Shown here piece by piece: positions 27,920-35,967 of a stretch of 43,010 nucleotides of DNA. The stretch is from a virus (Duplodnaviria; Caudoviricetes): positions 1 to 43,010 of the IMG/VR virus record IMGVR_UViG_3300005573_000148. One strand, 5' to 3'. Position 1 is the stretch's first letter; each line of letters begins with the position of its first letter. The position numbers and the translations under genes were made by a program. Below the pieces are notes generated by a model. That model ran no database searches. It worked only from the letters and a program-made list of their open reading frames with translations, and had not been told where the DNA came from.

Positions 27920-28096
27920 TGGCGGGTGTCCTTGCGGGCCGCCATGTGGGGGGCCAAAAAAGAGGGACGGCAACCCGATGATCCGGCACCGGATTGCCGT
28001 CCCTCAATTTCGCTTGCGTCCCCCAAGCGTTGGCCGACGCCCAGGAGAACCCCTGTTTTGTATGCTCAGCCGGTATCCCGAATGGGGCGGCGTGAG
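27920..28096 (-). ncRNA. Candidate structured cis-regulatory RNA leader of scaffold/capsid genes
   Basis: Four hairpins in a non-coding gap. In the two long stems every non-Watson-Crick pair is G-U on the minus strand. Confidence 0.6.
27956..28005 (-). terminator. Intrinsic terminator-like hairpin inside the scaffold leader
   Basis: GAGGGACGGCAATCCGGTG-CCGGAT-CATCGGGTTGCCGTCCCTC-TTTTTT: 19-bp stem (2 G-U) followed by 6 T. Confidence 0.75.
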
Positions 28097-28138
28097 TCCT
28101 TATTAAAGTTTTTGCGAGTTTCCGATAATAAGATTCCC

Positions 28139-28504
28139 CTAAGTATCATCAGCGATAATACTTGCAAGCTGTGGCCCCAAAGCCCTCAAGGCCACCTTTT
28201 CGGCCAGCCGCGGTTTAAATTCCAGAGTCTGGCGGAGCGTCCGAATCGGCGTTTCCAAAGCCTTGCAGACCGGATCATCCTGAGCCAGTTCCAGGAGGCG
28301 ATCCCGGTATTGCTCAAGCCACACCTTCAAAAGGAGGCTGTTCTGATGAAGCTCCGCGCTAAGCTGCCAGGCTTCCACCAGAACATTATTGAGCCGCGCC
28401 CGGGCTTTGTTCGCCTGGGCCTCTGCCTTCTCAGGCTCCCGGGGACGGCCGGTGCCGAAGTCAACTTCCACCCCGCTTGAACCGAGGATGCTGTGGTCAG
28501 CCAT
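28139..28504 (-). CDS. Hypothetical helical protein between portal and scaffold
   Basis: 121 aa, overlaps the portal stop; GAGGT RBS. Confidence 0.75.
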   Translation of the reverse strand: MADHSILGSSGVEVDFGTGRPREPEKAEAQANKARARLNNVLVEAWQLSAELHQNSLLLKVWLEQYRDRLLELAQDDPVCKALETPIRTLRQTLEFKPRLAEKVALRALGPQLASIIADDT

Positions 28505-30491
28505 TTACAACCTCTGCAGGGGCCTGGGCCGCGCCCGCCTGGGCATCATAAAGGCCGGCCTGGGAGCGTTCCGACGCGGCCTCACCGTGGGCCTTATCCG
28601 CCAGGGCGCCGTGTTTCAGGGCCTCATTCTCTTTTGCGGCCACCTGTGCCGCTTCGAGGGCCTGCTGCTGTTGAATCGCAGCATCTTGAGCGCCCTGCTG
28701 TGCCTCATCAATCTCTTGAGCCTTATTCTCATCCACCACAATCCCCTCATCCTGGAGGTTGAGACGGCGCTCGATGGAGCGGAGCAACTGATAAGGCTTG
28801 AGGTAGGCTGCAAAGATTTTCCCCCTATCACCGTCGAACAAGGGCAGGATCACATTGGAGAGGGCGTCAATGACCTCCTGATTGCGCATCAGGGTCGCGA
28901 CGCCTGAAACCTTGAAGCTGCCGGTTGTGAGCACCGGGAGCCTGAGGCCGGTGGGAGCGGAGGGGTCCGCATACTTTTGAGCGTACTCCGCGAACTTCCC
29001 GCCCATGGCGGCAAGCTCCTGGTACGTCATGTTGATCGCGATGGTTTCCGCCCCGGCCACGATAGCGTTCAAGGCCCCGTCCTCGATGTTCTCCCCCATG
29101 AGGCCCATCACCGTCATGCTTTGCTCCAGGTTTTGCGCACTCTCCCGGGCCGTCACCTGTTGTCTCCAACCCGGCAAGCCTTGCGCGGCGTAGTTGATCA
29201 TAATGCCTTCCTGGAACCGCTGATCGGCAAAATTCATATTGGCGAGGACGTCCCCGGTCTTGCTGTTGCGGTCCACGGTGCGCACCACCTGTTGGCCGTT
29301 GACGCTTCCATGGGTAAGCCATTGGTGCCCGGGGTAGTCGTCAATGTCGTCTTGGTCCACCAGGCTCGAAATGTCGATTTCCGTGGGGGGATTGACCGTC
29401 CAGTTGAGGTTATCCACATGGAGGGCCAGGAGGTTGCACATCATGTACCACAGCGAGGTAATGCCCTCCAGGAGAGAGCGGCCATCGAAGCGCAGCAGGT
29501 GGGGGAGGGGGGAGAAACCCGTCCCCGGCCACCGCAGCGTGGGATACGGGCTCTTTTTGGGCAGCCGCACCACCCGGTTCCCCACCACCGTATAAGTGGC
29601 GTTGGGAAGCAGGACCTCCCCACGTTTGTCGAGGATCGTGCCCCAAAATTCCGAGGTCAGGGCCTTGGAGCGGAAAGCCGATTGCTGCCAGAGCATATCC
29701 TGGCGCCGGCGGATTTCCGTCTGGTCAAGGTCGGGGTTGTCCTTGGGGTTGGCCCAATTCGTGCCCGGCCCGAGATAGGGGACGTTCTTTAAAATCCCCT
29801 GGCCCTCTTGTTGCTTGAGGACATGGTAGTCCATCCATTCCTGGTGCACCCAATACATACCCGATTGCGGCCGGCGTCCCACCGAATCCGGGTCCCGCTG
29901 AATCAGGGCTGGGGGCACCAGGATATAGTCGAGGCCCCGGCCCGGGCGCCACACTGGGATCATTTCCATGCTCTGGCCCACCGCGGCCCCCATGCCCGTC
30001 GCGTCGATAAACTGGATGGGGAAGTTGGCATAGGTCCGGGAGAGCATGATGTTCATGAGCTCGCGCCAGATCTCCGCGGCTTCCGGGTCACTCTCGTTCT
30101 CGATGGAGAGGAATTGCGGCTCAAAGGCCTTGCGCACGATAGCGAGGAAGAACTGCACCGAAGAAAAGGGTTTGGGGACCACCACCCGGCTCTGCCAACT
30201 CTCCTTGAGGGCATAGCTCGGGGGCTCCTTTTCCAGGTAAACGTCCCAACACTCCCGCTGTTTCTGCCGGATATTCCGCATGGCGTCCACGGACATTTGC
30301 ACGCAATCGTCAAGGAAGCGGACGAAGTGGGCCTCATCCTCCCCGGCGTAAGCCTGGGCAGCCTCCTCCCGCTCCGCGAGCTCCTTCTCGTCAAGCTCGG
30401 GCTCGGGCTTTTCCGGGGCGCCGGCCTTGGTCTCCAACTGATTGCGGAGACGTTGGACCTCTTGCGTGGGATCTTCCGGGACCGCAGGCAT
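28497..30491 (-). CDS. Portal protein (podovirus-like)
   Basis: 664 aa between TerL and scaffold; WQSRVVVP, EFWG, SPY..WP, G.SL.E, TARE motifs; Q/A-rich C-terminal barrel. Confidence 0.85.
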   Translation of the reverse strand: MPAVPEDPTQEVQRLRNQLETKAGAPEKPEPELDEKELAEREEAAQAYAGEDEAHFVRFLDDCVQMSVDAMRNIRQKQRECWDVYLEKEPPSYALKESWQSRVVVPKPFSSVQFFLAIVRKAFEPQFLSIENESDPEAAEIWRELMNIMLSRTYANFPIQFIDATGMGAAVGQSMEMIPVWRPGRGLDYILVPPALIQRDPDSVGRRPQSGMYWVHQEWMDYHVLKQQEGQGILKNVPYLGPGTNWANPKDNPDLDQTEIRRRQDMLWQQSAFRSKALTSEFWGTILDKRGEVLLPNATYTVVGNRVVRLPKKSPYPTLRWPGTGFSPLPHLLRFDGRSLLEGITSLWYMMCNLLALHVDNLNWTVNPPTEIDISSLVDQDDIDDYPGHQWLTHGSVNGQQVVRTVDRNSKTGDVLANMNFADQRFQEGIMINYAAQGLPGWRQQVTARESAQNLEQSMTVMGLMGENIEDGALNAIVAGAETIAINMTYQELAAMGGKFAEYAQKYADPSAPTGLRLPVLTTGSFKVSGVATLMRNQEVIDALSNVILPLFDGDRGKIFAAYLKPYQLLRSIERRLNLQDEGIVVDENKAQEIDEAQQGAQDAAIQQQQALEAAQVAAKENEALKHGALADKAHGEAASERSQAGLYDAQAGAAQAPAEVVNG

Positions 30492-30679
30492 TACCCATTT
30501 ACCCCGCTATTAAGCTGATCCTTGACCTTCCGGAAAGGATTGACGGCCTTGTCCACGCTGTCGAGCTTGCCCGCCACCGCGTTTTTCACCTTGTCCAGGA
30601 TCGACAGGTTGCCCGTGTCGGTTTGCTTCACTTCAACCTTGTCTGCCTTTGGAGCAGCAGCTTTCGGATCGTCAGCCAT
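30491..30679 (-). CDS. Hypothetical small protein
   Basis: 62 aa, AGGAGG RBS, TAATG-coupled to the portal gene. Confidence 0.7.
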   Translation of the reverse strand: MADDPKAAAPKADKVEVKQTDTGNLSILDKVKNAVAGKLDSVDKAVNPFRKVKDQLNSGVNG

Positions 30680-30688
30680 GTCCCCCTC

Positions 30689-30898
30689 CTACAGCTTTTT
30701 TTTGTGCAAGCCCCCGGTGGGGGTGTGCTTCACCTTGTCCTGGTCCTGGCCGGCGGCGTTCATGGCCGCAGCCACGGCCTGTTTATCGGCTTTCCCTTTG
30801 CCGAATTTGGCCTTGGTATGGGCGTAGGTGTCGCCCTTATGAAACTCCGAGATATTCCCGGAGATGGTTTCCTGGGTTTTGCCTTTCTTCATCGGCAT
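30689..30898 (-). CDS. Small basic phage protein (MP.KKGK..TIS.NI.E..KQAVA.A type)
   Basis: 69 aa; motif typical of small phage proteins near terminase/portal genes. Confidence 0.75.
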   Translation of the reverse strand: MPMKKGKTQETISGNISEFHKGDTYAHTKAKFGKGKADKQAVAAAMNAAGQDQDKVKHTPTGGLHKKKL

Positions 30899-30911
30899 AG
30901 GTGCGCCCCCC

Positions 30912-31148
30912 CTAGTCCCACCGGATCTGATCGTAATTTTGCCGGTAGAGTTCTGAGTTGTGCCGGCAGGCCGCCAAGTCCCCGGTTGCGTAAGGCGGGG
31001 CCCCGTCCCAACCGTTCTCAGGGATACAGGCTTCGCCGTTGACGATGTTCCTGTATCCCTGACGCCCGGTCATGTTGCCGGCCTCGTCTTTGCCCTCGAA
31101 AAACTGGACTTCCTTCCAACCGTTAAAACCCGCTGTGTTGCTGTCCAC
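30912..31148 (-). CDS. Hypothetical small protein
   Basis: 78 aa ending YRQNYDQIRWD; AGGAGG upstream; overlaps the TerL end. Confidence 0.65.
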   Translation of the reverse strand: MDSNTAGFNGWKEVQFFEGKDEAGNMTGRQGYRNIVNGEACIPENGWDGAPPYATGDLAACRHNSELYRQNYDQIRWD

Positions 31149-32592
31149 TTACCGGAATACCTCCTACCGCGTAGCTGTTGGCCCGCCGTTTCGCACGCAT
31201 GGCGGCTTGACGGGCTCTCCCCCGGGGGAGTTTGCTCACCCGTGAGGGCAGCAACACGCAGACAGCGTTGGCCCAAGCATCGCCAACGTGGGAGTTCTCA
31301 TCTTTCTCCGGCAGAGTGCTGACGCGTTGCCCCTGGTTATTGACCTTGTAATGCCAACCGCCCCCCAGGGCTTTATCCAGGAGGTTGTTGTCAGAAGAGA
31401 GGAGGATCAAGGGCTCGCCGCGCTCATCGGAGGCCCTGAGGACCTTCGGCAGATGTTGCTCGATCATGGCCCAGGTGGTGGGCCCGCCCTCGAAGGTGCA
31501 GCCCGGGAAAGCCCGCAGGACCTTTTTGGCCGCTGTCTCCAGGCGGGAGGACTGATCCATGTTAAGCATGGTACGGTCCCCGCCCACCCGCCAGGCCTTG
31601 GCCTTACCCCGCCACCGGGGACTCTCGATCATGGGGATCACCAAAAGCTCTAGCAGCGTCTCAATGTCCGATCCCAGGAGCCGCAGGGTGTCCAGGAAGA
31701 TGAGACGGTTGTTTTTGGTGATCTGGCCCAGGACGCAGGAGGGGTTGCCCCAGGCGTCGAAGAAGGCGAAGCTCTCCAACCCGGGGGCCGGCTCCAGAAG
31801 GAACTCGGAAAGGTGGCGTATGCGGTTATAGGCCGGCGTGACCTTGGTGCCGAGAGGGATGGTGGCGAACTCGCCTTTGACGTACCGGGCATAGTTGGCC
31901 GGGTCGTCCTTATACATGCGCTTGGCAGCCTGGCGGGATTCCTCTTTGAGATGCTTGTTTTCCCCGTAAGGCACGTGCCAGACCTGTTTCTGAATGAGGG
32001 GGAACTCAGGATCGACGTCAGGCTCCAACTTGAAGGCCCGATACGTCCAATGCTCCATGTCCGCCGGGTTCATGTCCACGATCAGCCGGCCTTTGGCGCC
32101 CTTGTAGCGGACGGCCCGGACCACGGCCACCTTGTAAACGTCCTCAGAGAGGCCGGCGTTGGCCTTATCCGCGATGGGGGCGGGCTCATTTAGCCAGATC
32201 AGGGAGTAGGCGGAGGAGCCCTTTAACCTTTCAAGAGAAGCCGGATCGTCAATCCCGAAGAGGTCCACAGTAATAACCGGGACGCCCGGCAACTTTATGG
32301 TCAGTTCTTTGTATTCGTTTTTGAAGCGGTAAAATTTGGAGGAATAGGGGAAAAATTCCCGGAAAAACTCTTGTATTGAAGGAACAATGCTGAGTTTGAT
32401 ATTTTCCAGAGTGTCACGTACGATTGCGCAGCGAATGGGAACTCCCGCTTTCTTGGCGTGGGTTATCATAGCCGCTATACAACCGAAGGTTTTCCCTTCA
32501 CCAAGAGGCGCAATTAATACAGTAATTGTCTTATTTGACCATATAAAGTCTTGAACAGTCGGCCCAAATGTTTTGACGAAATCCACTTGCAT
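31123..32592 (-). CDS. terL: Terminase large subunit
   Basis: Walker A-like APLGEGKT, AIVRDT, Walker B-like IWLNE, DMNP..HW, nuclease motifs FFDAWG and SHVGDA; upstream of the portal. Start set at MQVDF (32592). Confidence 0.88.
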   Translation of the reverse strand: MQVDFVKTFGPTVQDFIWSNKTITVLIAPLGEGKTFGCIAAMITHAKKAGVPIRCAIVRDTLENIKLSIVPSIQEFFREFFPYSSKFYRFKNEYKELTIKLPGVPVITVDLFGIDDPASLERLKGSSAYSLIWLNEPAPIADKANAGLSEDVYKVAVVRAVRYKGAKGRLIVDMNPADMEHWTYRAFKLEPDVDPEFPLIQKQVWHVPYGENKHLKEESRQAAKRMYKDDPANYARYVKGEFATIPLGTKVTPAYNRIRHLSEFLLEPAPGLESFAFFDAWGNPSCVLGQITKNNRLIFLDTLRLLGSDIETLLELLVIPMIESPRWRGKAKAWRVGGDRTMLNMDQSSRLETAAKKVLRAFPGCTFEGGPTTWAMIEQHLPKVLRASDERGEPLILLSSDNNLLDKALGGGWHYKVNNQGQRVSTLPEKDENSHVGDAWANAVCVLLPSRVSKLPRGRARQAAMRAKRRANSYAVGGIPVSGQQHSGF

Positions 32593-32937
32593 GATAAAGC
32601 GATAAACGTGTGTAAAAGCAAAAGCAAGGACAAAATTTGTAGGAAAAAGAATGGTGTGTTGGAAAAAACTCACTATGAGGGAAAACTACAAAGAAAAAAA
32701 TTAAATTAAAGTTTCGTGGGCTTGATGATTCTGAGTAGTACCCAGGCAATACCTAGCAATACCGGATGGCAGGGGGGTGGCCCCCCCACAGAACCCTTCT
32801 ATACCCAGATCTTAACCCCTCGCTATCTGAGCCATCCAAAACCGGTAATGGCAATTTTATTTCATGAGTCACTTGTGCTATCCTGCCTCTTAGGAGAAGA
32901 GGCACAGCAAATTCAAGTTGCCGATTTGGAGGGATAA

Positions 32938-33177
32938 TTGAAAGTCCTCGGCATAGACCTGGGTACCAGCCGCATTCCCTATATAAGCCAGATGGTAAAG
33001 GAAGAATTGGGAATTACGCCATCCCGAGGTGTGGACCCCGAACTGGCAGTGGCGCAGGGGGCTGTGATAAGGGCAGGGTGTTTATCGGGCCAAGTACACG
33101 ACATCCTTTTACTTGACGTGATCCCTGGCAGCTATGGGACGCCAGAGGCGATAGAATTAATAGAACGGTCTTGTTAA
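32938..33177 (+). CDS. Mini Hsp70/DnaK-derived protein or DnaK remnant (79 aa)
   Basis: KVLGIDLGT joined in frame to SRIP..GVDPELAVAQGAVIRAG.LSG.V.DILLLDVIP.S.G, i.e. the first and last motifs of the DnaK nucleotide-binding domain plus the linker; GGAGG RBS before the TTG start. Confidence 0.75.
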   Translation: MKVLGIDLGTSRIPYISQMVKEELGITPSRGVDPELAVAQGAVIRAGCLSGQVHDILLLDVIPGSYGTPEAIELIERSC

Positions 33178-33188
33178 TTACTTAGATG

Positions 33189-33356
33189 TCACATTTTAAG
33201 GCTCTTCTCTGGCGTGAGTTCTCCTTCCTCCAAGCGCGGCGGCTCCCATATAGTCGGCTCCCCCCGGAGAATGGACTGAATCGCCCTAGTTTGGGAGGAA
33301 AGATATACCTGAGCAAACTCCAGACGCCTCATTTTCTCAGATTCTTTTTCGGTCAT
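33189..33356 (-). CDS. Hypothetical small protein (55 aa)
   Basis: ATG at 33356 in an ATGA overlap with the shifted-frame stop of the upstream Zn-finger gene. Confidence 0.45.
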   Translation of the reverse strand: MTEKESEKMRRLEFAQVYLSSQTRAIQSILRGEPTIWEPPRLEEGELTPEKSLKM

Positions 33357-33530
33357 TTGAAGTCGGCAGCCTTGGGGCAGTTGCCCCAATGGGATATGAC
33401 CATAAACCACCTGGCCCTTGGGGGTGACCACCGTGGTCTGCTTGACTTCGCAGGGCATCATCTTCCCGTTGGTCGTCTCGATCCATAGAATTTCCACCCC
33501 ACAGCCTCGACACGTGCTTCTCTTGGGCAT
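33353..33530 (-). pseudogene. Small Zn-binding phage protein with apparent frameshift near 33390
   Basis: N-terminal CRGC..ILWIETTNGKMMP..GHI; the expected HWGNCPKAADFK-stop lies in a different frame. Confidence 0.6.
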
Positions 33531-33715
33531 CAGTCCAGATCCCCGTCATGGTCCGAGTCGGCCCGGGGGTTAAGGATACCCTGAATCTGGACCAGGGGCA
33601 CGGAGCCGCCGAAGTGGTCAAAAATGGCCCTCTCAGAGAGGCCTTTCTCCTGGTGCAGGTCCCGAATCCAATCCGCCAAGTTGCGCTGCTGTTCGTTCAT
33701 CTCCCTCACCTTCAA
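33530..33715 (-). CDS. Hypothetical small protein
   Basis: 61 aa (true start may be the internal ATG); TGATG overlap with the next gene. Confidence 0.55.
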   Translation of the reverse strand: MKVREMNEQQRNLADWIRDLHQEKGLSERAIFDHFGGSVPLVQIQGILNPRADSDHDGDLD

Positions 33716-33740
33716 CTATTTCAGAGGGTTGGTATATATA

Positions 33741-34346
33741 CTACCCCTCGAAATAGTTGCGCTTTTTAGCCTTCCTCATCACCCAAAAATAGCTGTGGTA
33801 TTTCCGGGCGTGCTTCTGGACCTGGTGCTTCGGGTGCATCATGCGGTTTTTCGCCAGGAGGACGAAAAGGTCCACCGGCCGGAAACCGATATCCGCCGCC
33901 ATGATGTAGATTTCCGCGTGGGTGAAATTGTTTTTGCCGGAAAGAACCCCGTCCTGGCATTTGAAGATGAGCCAACCCCCGGGCTTGAGGACGCGGTGAA
34001 TCTCCACGAGGGCCGCACGGTAGAAGGCCCACAGGTCCCGGATGGTCCCCACTATCTCCCCGAATCTGGACTTGAGACAGGCGCCCGGCCCCGTCCTTGC
34101 CATGAACGGGGGATCAAAAATTACCGAGCCCAGGCAGCCGTCTTTGAGGGGCAGGGCCCGGACGTCCGCAGGGATCACGCCGGGCTTCCGGGGAGCCAGG
34201 TCGGAGCAAAAGATGGGCCTGGGCTCTCCCCGGTAAAAGCAGCCCGAGCCGAAGGTGACGTCGGCCTCAATGCCCCCGGTATGAAGCGCCGCGATGTTGT
34301 GGAGTATTTCCGCTTGGCTGAAAGAAATGGACTTGATAATGCTCAT
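33741..34346 (-). CDS. Amino (N6-A/N4-C) DNA methyltransferase-like protein
   Basis: DVTFGSG SAM-binding motif, FDPPF catalytic motif, EIHRVLKPGGWLIFK. Confidence 0.8.
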   Translation of the reverse strand: MSIIKSISFSQAEILHNIAALHTGGIEADVTFGSGCFYRGEPRPIFCSDLAPRKPGVIPADVRALPLKDGCLGSVIFDPPFMARTGPGACLKSRFGEIVGTIRDLWAFYRAALVEIHRVLKPGGWLIFKCQDGVLSGKNNFTHAEIYIMAADIGFRPVDLFVLLAKNRMMHPKHQVQKHARKYHSYFWVMRKAKKRNYFEG

Positions 34347-34801
34347 TTCATCGTCGAGATTGCTTGGTGGTACGCCTTCTCGATTTCCCGGAAATAACTG
34401 TTGTTGAAGCGGGCGTTATACTTGGAGTAAACCCGCCTGAGGTCCCCGTGGTAACGGCGCAGGAACTTGGCGAGGACCATGGTGCCGCCCTTGATGTTCT
34501 CCCGGGGATCCCACGGATTGACGCCCAGGCTCCGGGCCGTGTCCTTGTGCAGCTGCATGAGCCCGATACAGGCGCCGTGCCCGGAGGACGCCTCAGCGTC
34601 GAACCGGCTCTCAATGGCAGCCGTCGCCATTATCAAGCAGGGGTCCACCCCGTATAGCTTCCCGGCCTCCACCATGTAACCCCAATACTCATCGGGGAGG
34701 TACAGCCGTCCGATCCGGGGCTTGGGAGGGAGTTGCGCCAGGCCGACGCCTGGGAAAGAGATGAGCAGGGCCAACACCAATAGGCCACCCAAAGCCCTCA
34801 T
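34343..34801 (-). CDS. SLT-domain lytic transglycosylase with N-terminal signal/TM segment
   Basis: AIESRF, GACIGLMQL, DPRENIKGG, YNA motifs; start reassigned to MRALGGLLVLALLISF at 34801. Confidence 0.88.
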   Translation of the reverse strand: MRALGGLLVLALLISFPGVGLAQLPPKPRIGRLYLPDEYWGYMVEAGKLYGVDPCLIMATAAIESRFDAEASSGHGACIGLMQLHKDTARSLGVNPWDPRENIKGGTMVLAKFLRRYHGDLRRVYSKYNARFNNSYFREIEKAYHQAISTMK

Positions 34802-34923
34802 AGTCGCGTCCTTTGAAAGCAGGTGACCAGGCGCAGGCCACCAAAAAACAGGAACACCAGGGCCACCATGGACAGGCACACCATGAACCAAAACCCGAGG
34901 TAAGGCAGAGCCTTGGCGAACAT
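34798..34923 (-). CDS. Small single-TM protein (41 aa), holin/pinholin candidate
   Basis: Not in the ORF track. MFAKALPYLGFWFMVCLSMVALVFLFFGGLRLVTCFQRTRL overlaps both neighbours (TGATG/ATGA); AGGAGG upstream. Confidence 0.6.
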   Translation of the reverse strand: MFAKALPYLGFWFMVCLSMVALVFLFFGGLRLVTCFQRTRL

Positions 34924-35153
34924 CAGTTAAACCCCTCCTTCATCGGCCCCTCGCAGGAGAATTGCAGACGGACGTTTTGGTGGAAATACCGGCCCACTGA
35001 TCGGGCGGACAGCATTTCCTCGTAAACTTCCTTGGGGACGTCGCTGTAAGTGTAGAGGCCCCCGTCTTTGAACCTCACCAACAGCTTCTCGCCGGCCTCA
35101 TCAAAGCCGATCTCCCTGATGGTGGAGGATTCCACCGGTTGCATTTCAGGCAT
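34923..35153 (-). CDS. KTSC-domain protein
   Basis: VESSTIREIGFD..LLVRFK.G.LY.Y.DVP..VYEEML.A.SVGRYF..NVR; ATG at 35153 with GGAGG RBS. Confidence 0.9.
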   Translation of the reverse strand: MPEMQPVESSTIREIGFDEAGEKLLVRFKDGGLYTYSDVPKEVYEEMLSARSVGRYFHQNVRLQFSCEGPMKEGFN

Positions 35154-35364
35154 TGTCACCTCCAAAAGAAGTGCCGCCGTTTTTCTCTGCTCTGGCGGCA
35201 GGAGCAGACTCGTTCACCCTTGAGGCGCCGGGGGCCGCCATTACCTCCCTGGCGGCAGGGGTTTCCCGGGGAATCGGGCAGCCACAATCGAAGAAATAAT
35301 CTCCCTTTTCATCAGGGCCCTTATAACCACGATTCACAGCCCCGCATCTTTCGCACTTGACCAT
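35146..35364 (-). CDS. Small Zn-ribbon protein
   Basis: 72 aa, CERC...DCGC. Confidence 0.6.
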   Translation of the reverse strand: MVKCERCGAVNRGYKGPDEKGDYFFDCGCPIPRETPAAREVMAAPGASRVNESAPAARAEKNGGTSFGGDNA

Positions 35365-35372
35365 CGCGCCCC

Positions 35373-35660
35373 CTAATTCTTGTGCTCATTAGCCACGGTC
35401 CACAGCCTCAGAATGTCGGCGGCCGCAAGCTCCATCTTGTGCATGGCCTGGAGGAGCAAGTTGGGGCCGGCGTATATCGCCGCCGCCGTGTAGAACCTAT
35501 CGGGGGCCTCCCGGTTATAGCTCGACGCCCCTATGACCAAGCCGACCTTGCGCCTCTCGCAAAACTCCTTCAAGAAATCCTTCAACTCCATCATGGCGTC
35601 GAGAAATTCCTCCTGGGTGAGAGGCGTCTCTTGGAAATCCCGGGTGATCGGTTCGGTCAT
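35373..35660 (-). CDS. Hypothetical protein
   Basis: Start MTEPITRD at 35660 with AGGAG RBS. Confidence 0.65.
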   Translation of the reverse strand: MTEPITRDFQETPLTQEEFLDAMMELKDFLKEFCERRKVGLVIGASSYNREAPDRFYTAAAIYAGPNLLLQAMHKMELAAADILRLWTVANEHKN

Positions 35661-35792
35661 GTTGGCTCCTAAAGGTGGGTTGGCCCCCGCCGCCAACCCG
35701 GGTTTTCGCCATTTTCAGCAACAGTGCACCATCAACCAACCGGCGCCGGGACCGCCGGGAATATCCGCCGTGAGCCAAAGGTCTGCCGGCGG

Positions 35793-35965
35793 TTATTCAC
35801 TCTTCAAGAAAGAGCAGGCCCCGCCTCGATACCAACCGCAGGCCCCCTCAAGACAATATGTATGACGGGGATCGTGCCAGGGCTTCATGTCCGCCAGGGC
35901 CAAGGCCAGGACCATAGCCGCCTGGAAAAGAGGGCAGATTCGCCGGCCCGGGAGCTTGCGCTCAT
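35793..35965 (-). pseudogene. Small Cys-rich protein (CPL..C..GACGW..C), start codon apparently out of frame
   Basis: The protein-like frame (RICPLFQ..YCLEGACGWY..AC) lacks an in-frame ATG after the glycosyltransferase stop; the ATG at ~35965 is one frame off. Confidence 0.4.
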
Positions 35966-35967
35966 GC

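Noticed and set aside
28005-28055. GGGACGCAAGC resembling the c-di-GMP-I riboswitch core
   Set aside because: The upstream GGCAAAC element and the GNRA tetraloop are missing; kept only as an unassigned structured RNA.
317-32193. Many long plus-strand ORFs (for example 25153-27246, 21636-22952, 10508-11551)
   Set aside because: They are antisense shadows of GC-rich minus-strand genes, with no motifs or convincing RBS.
32716-32937. 73-aa plus-strand ORF upstream of mini-DnaK
   Set aside because: No RBS or motif; the region is better explained by promoter and hairpin elements.
33741-34346. Restriction-modification system
   Set aside because: No cognate endonuclease is adjacent; an orphan phage methyltransferase is the simpler reading.
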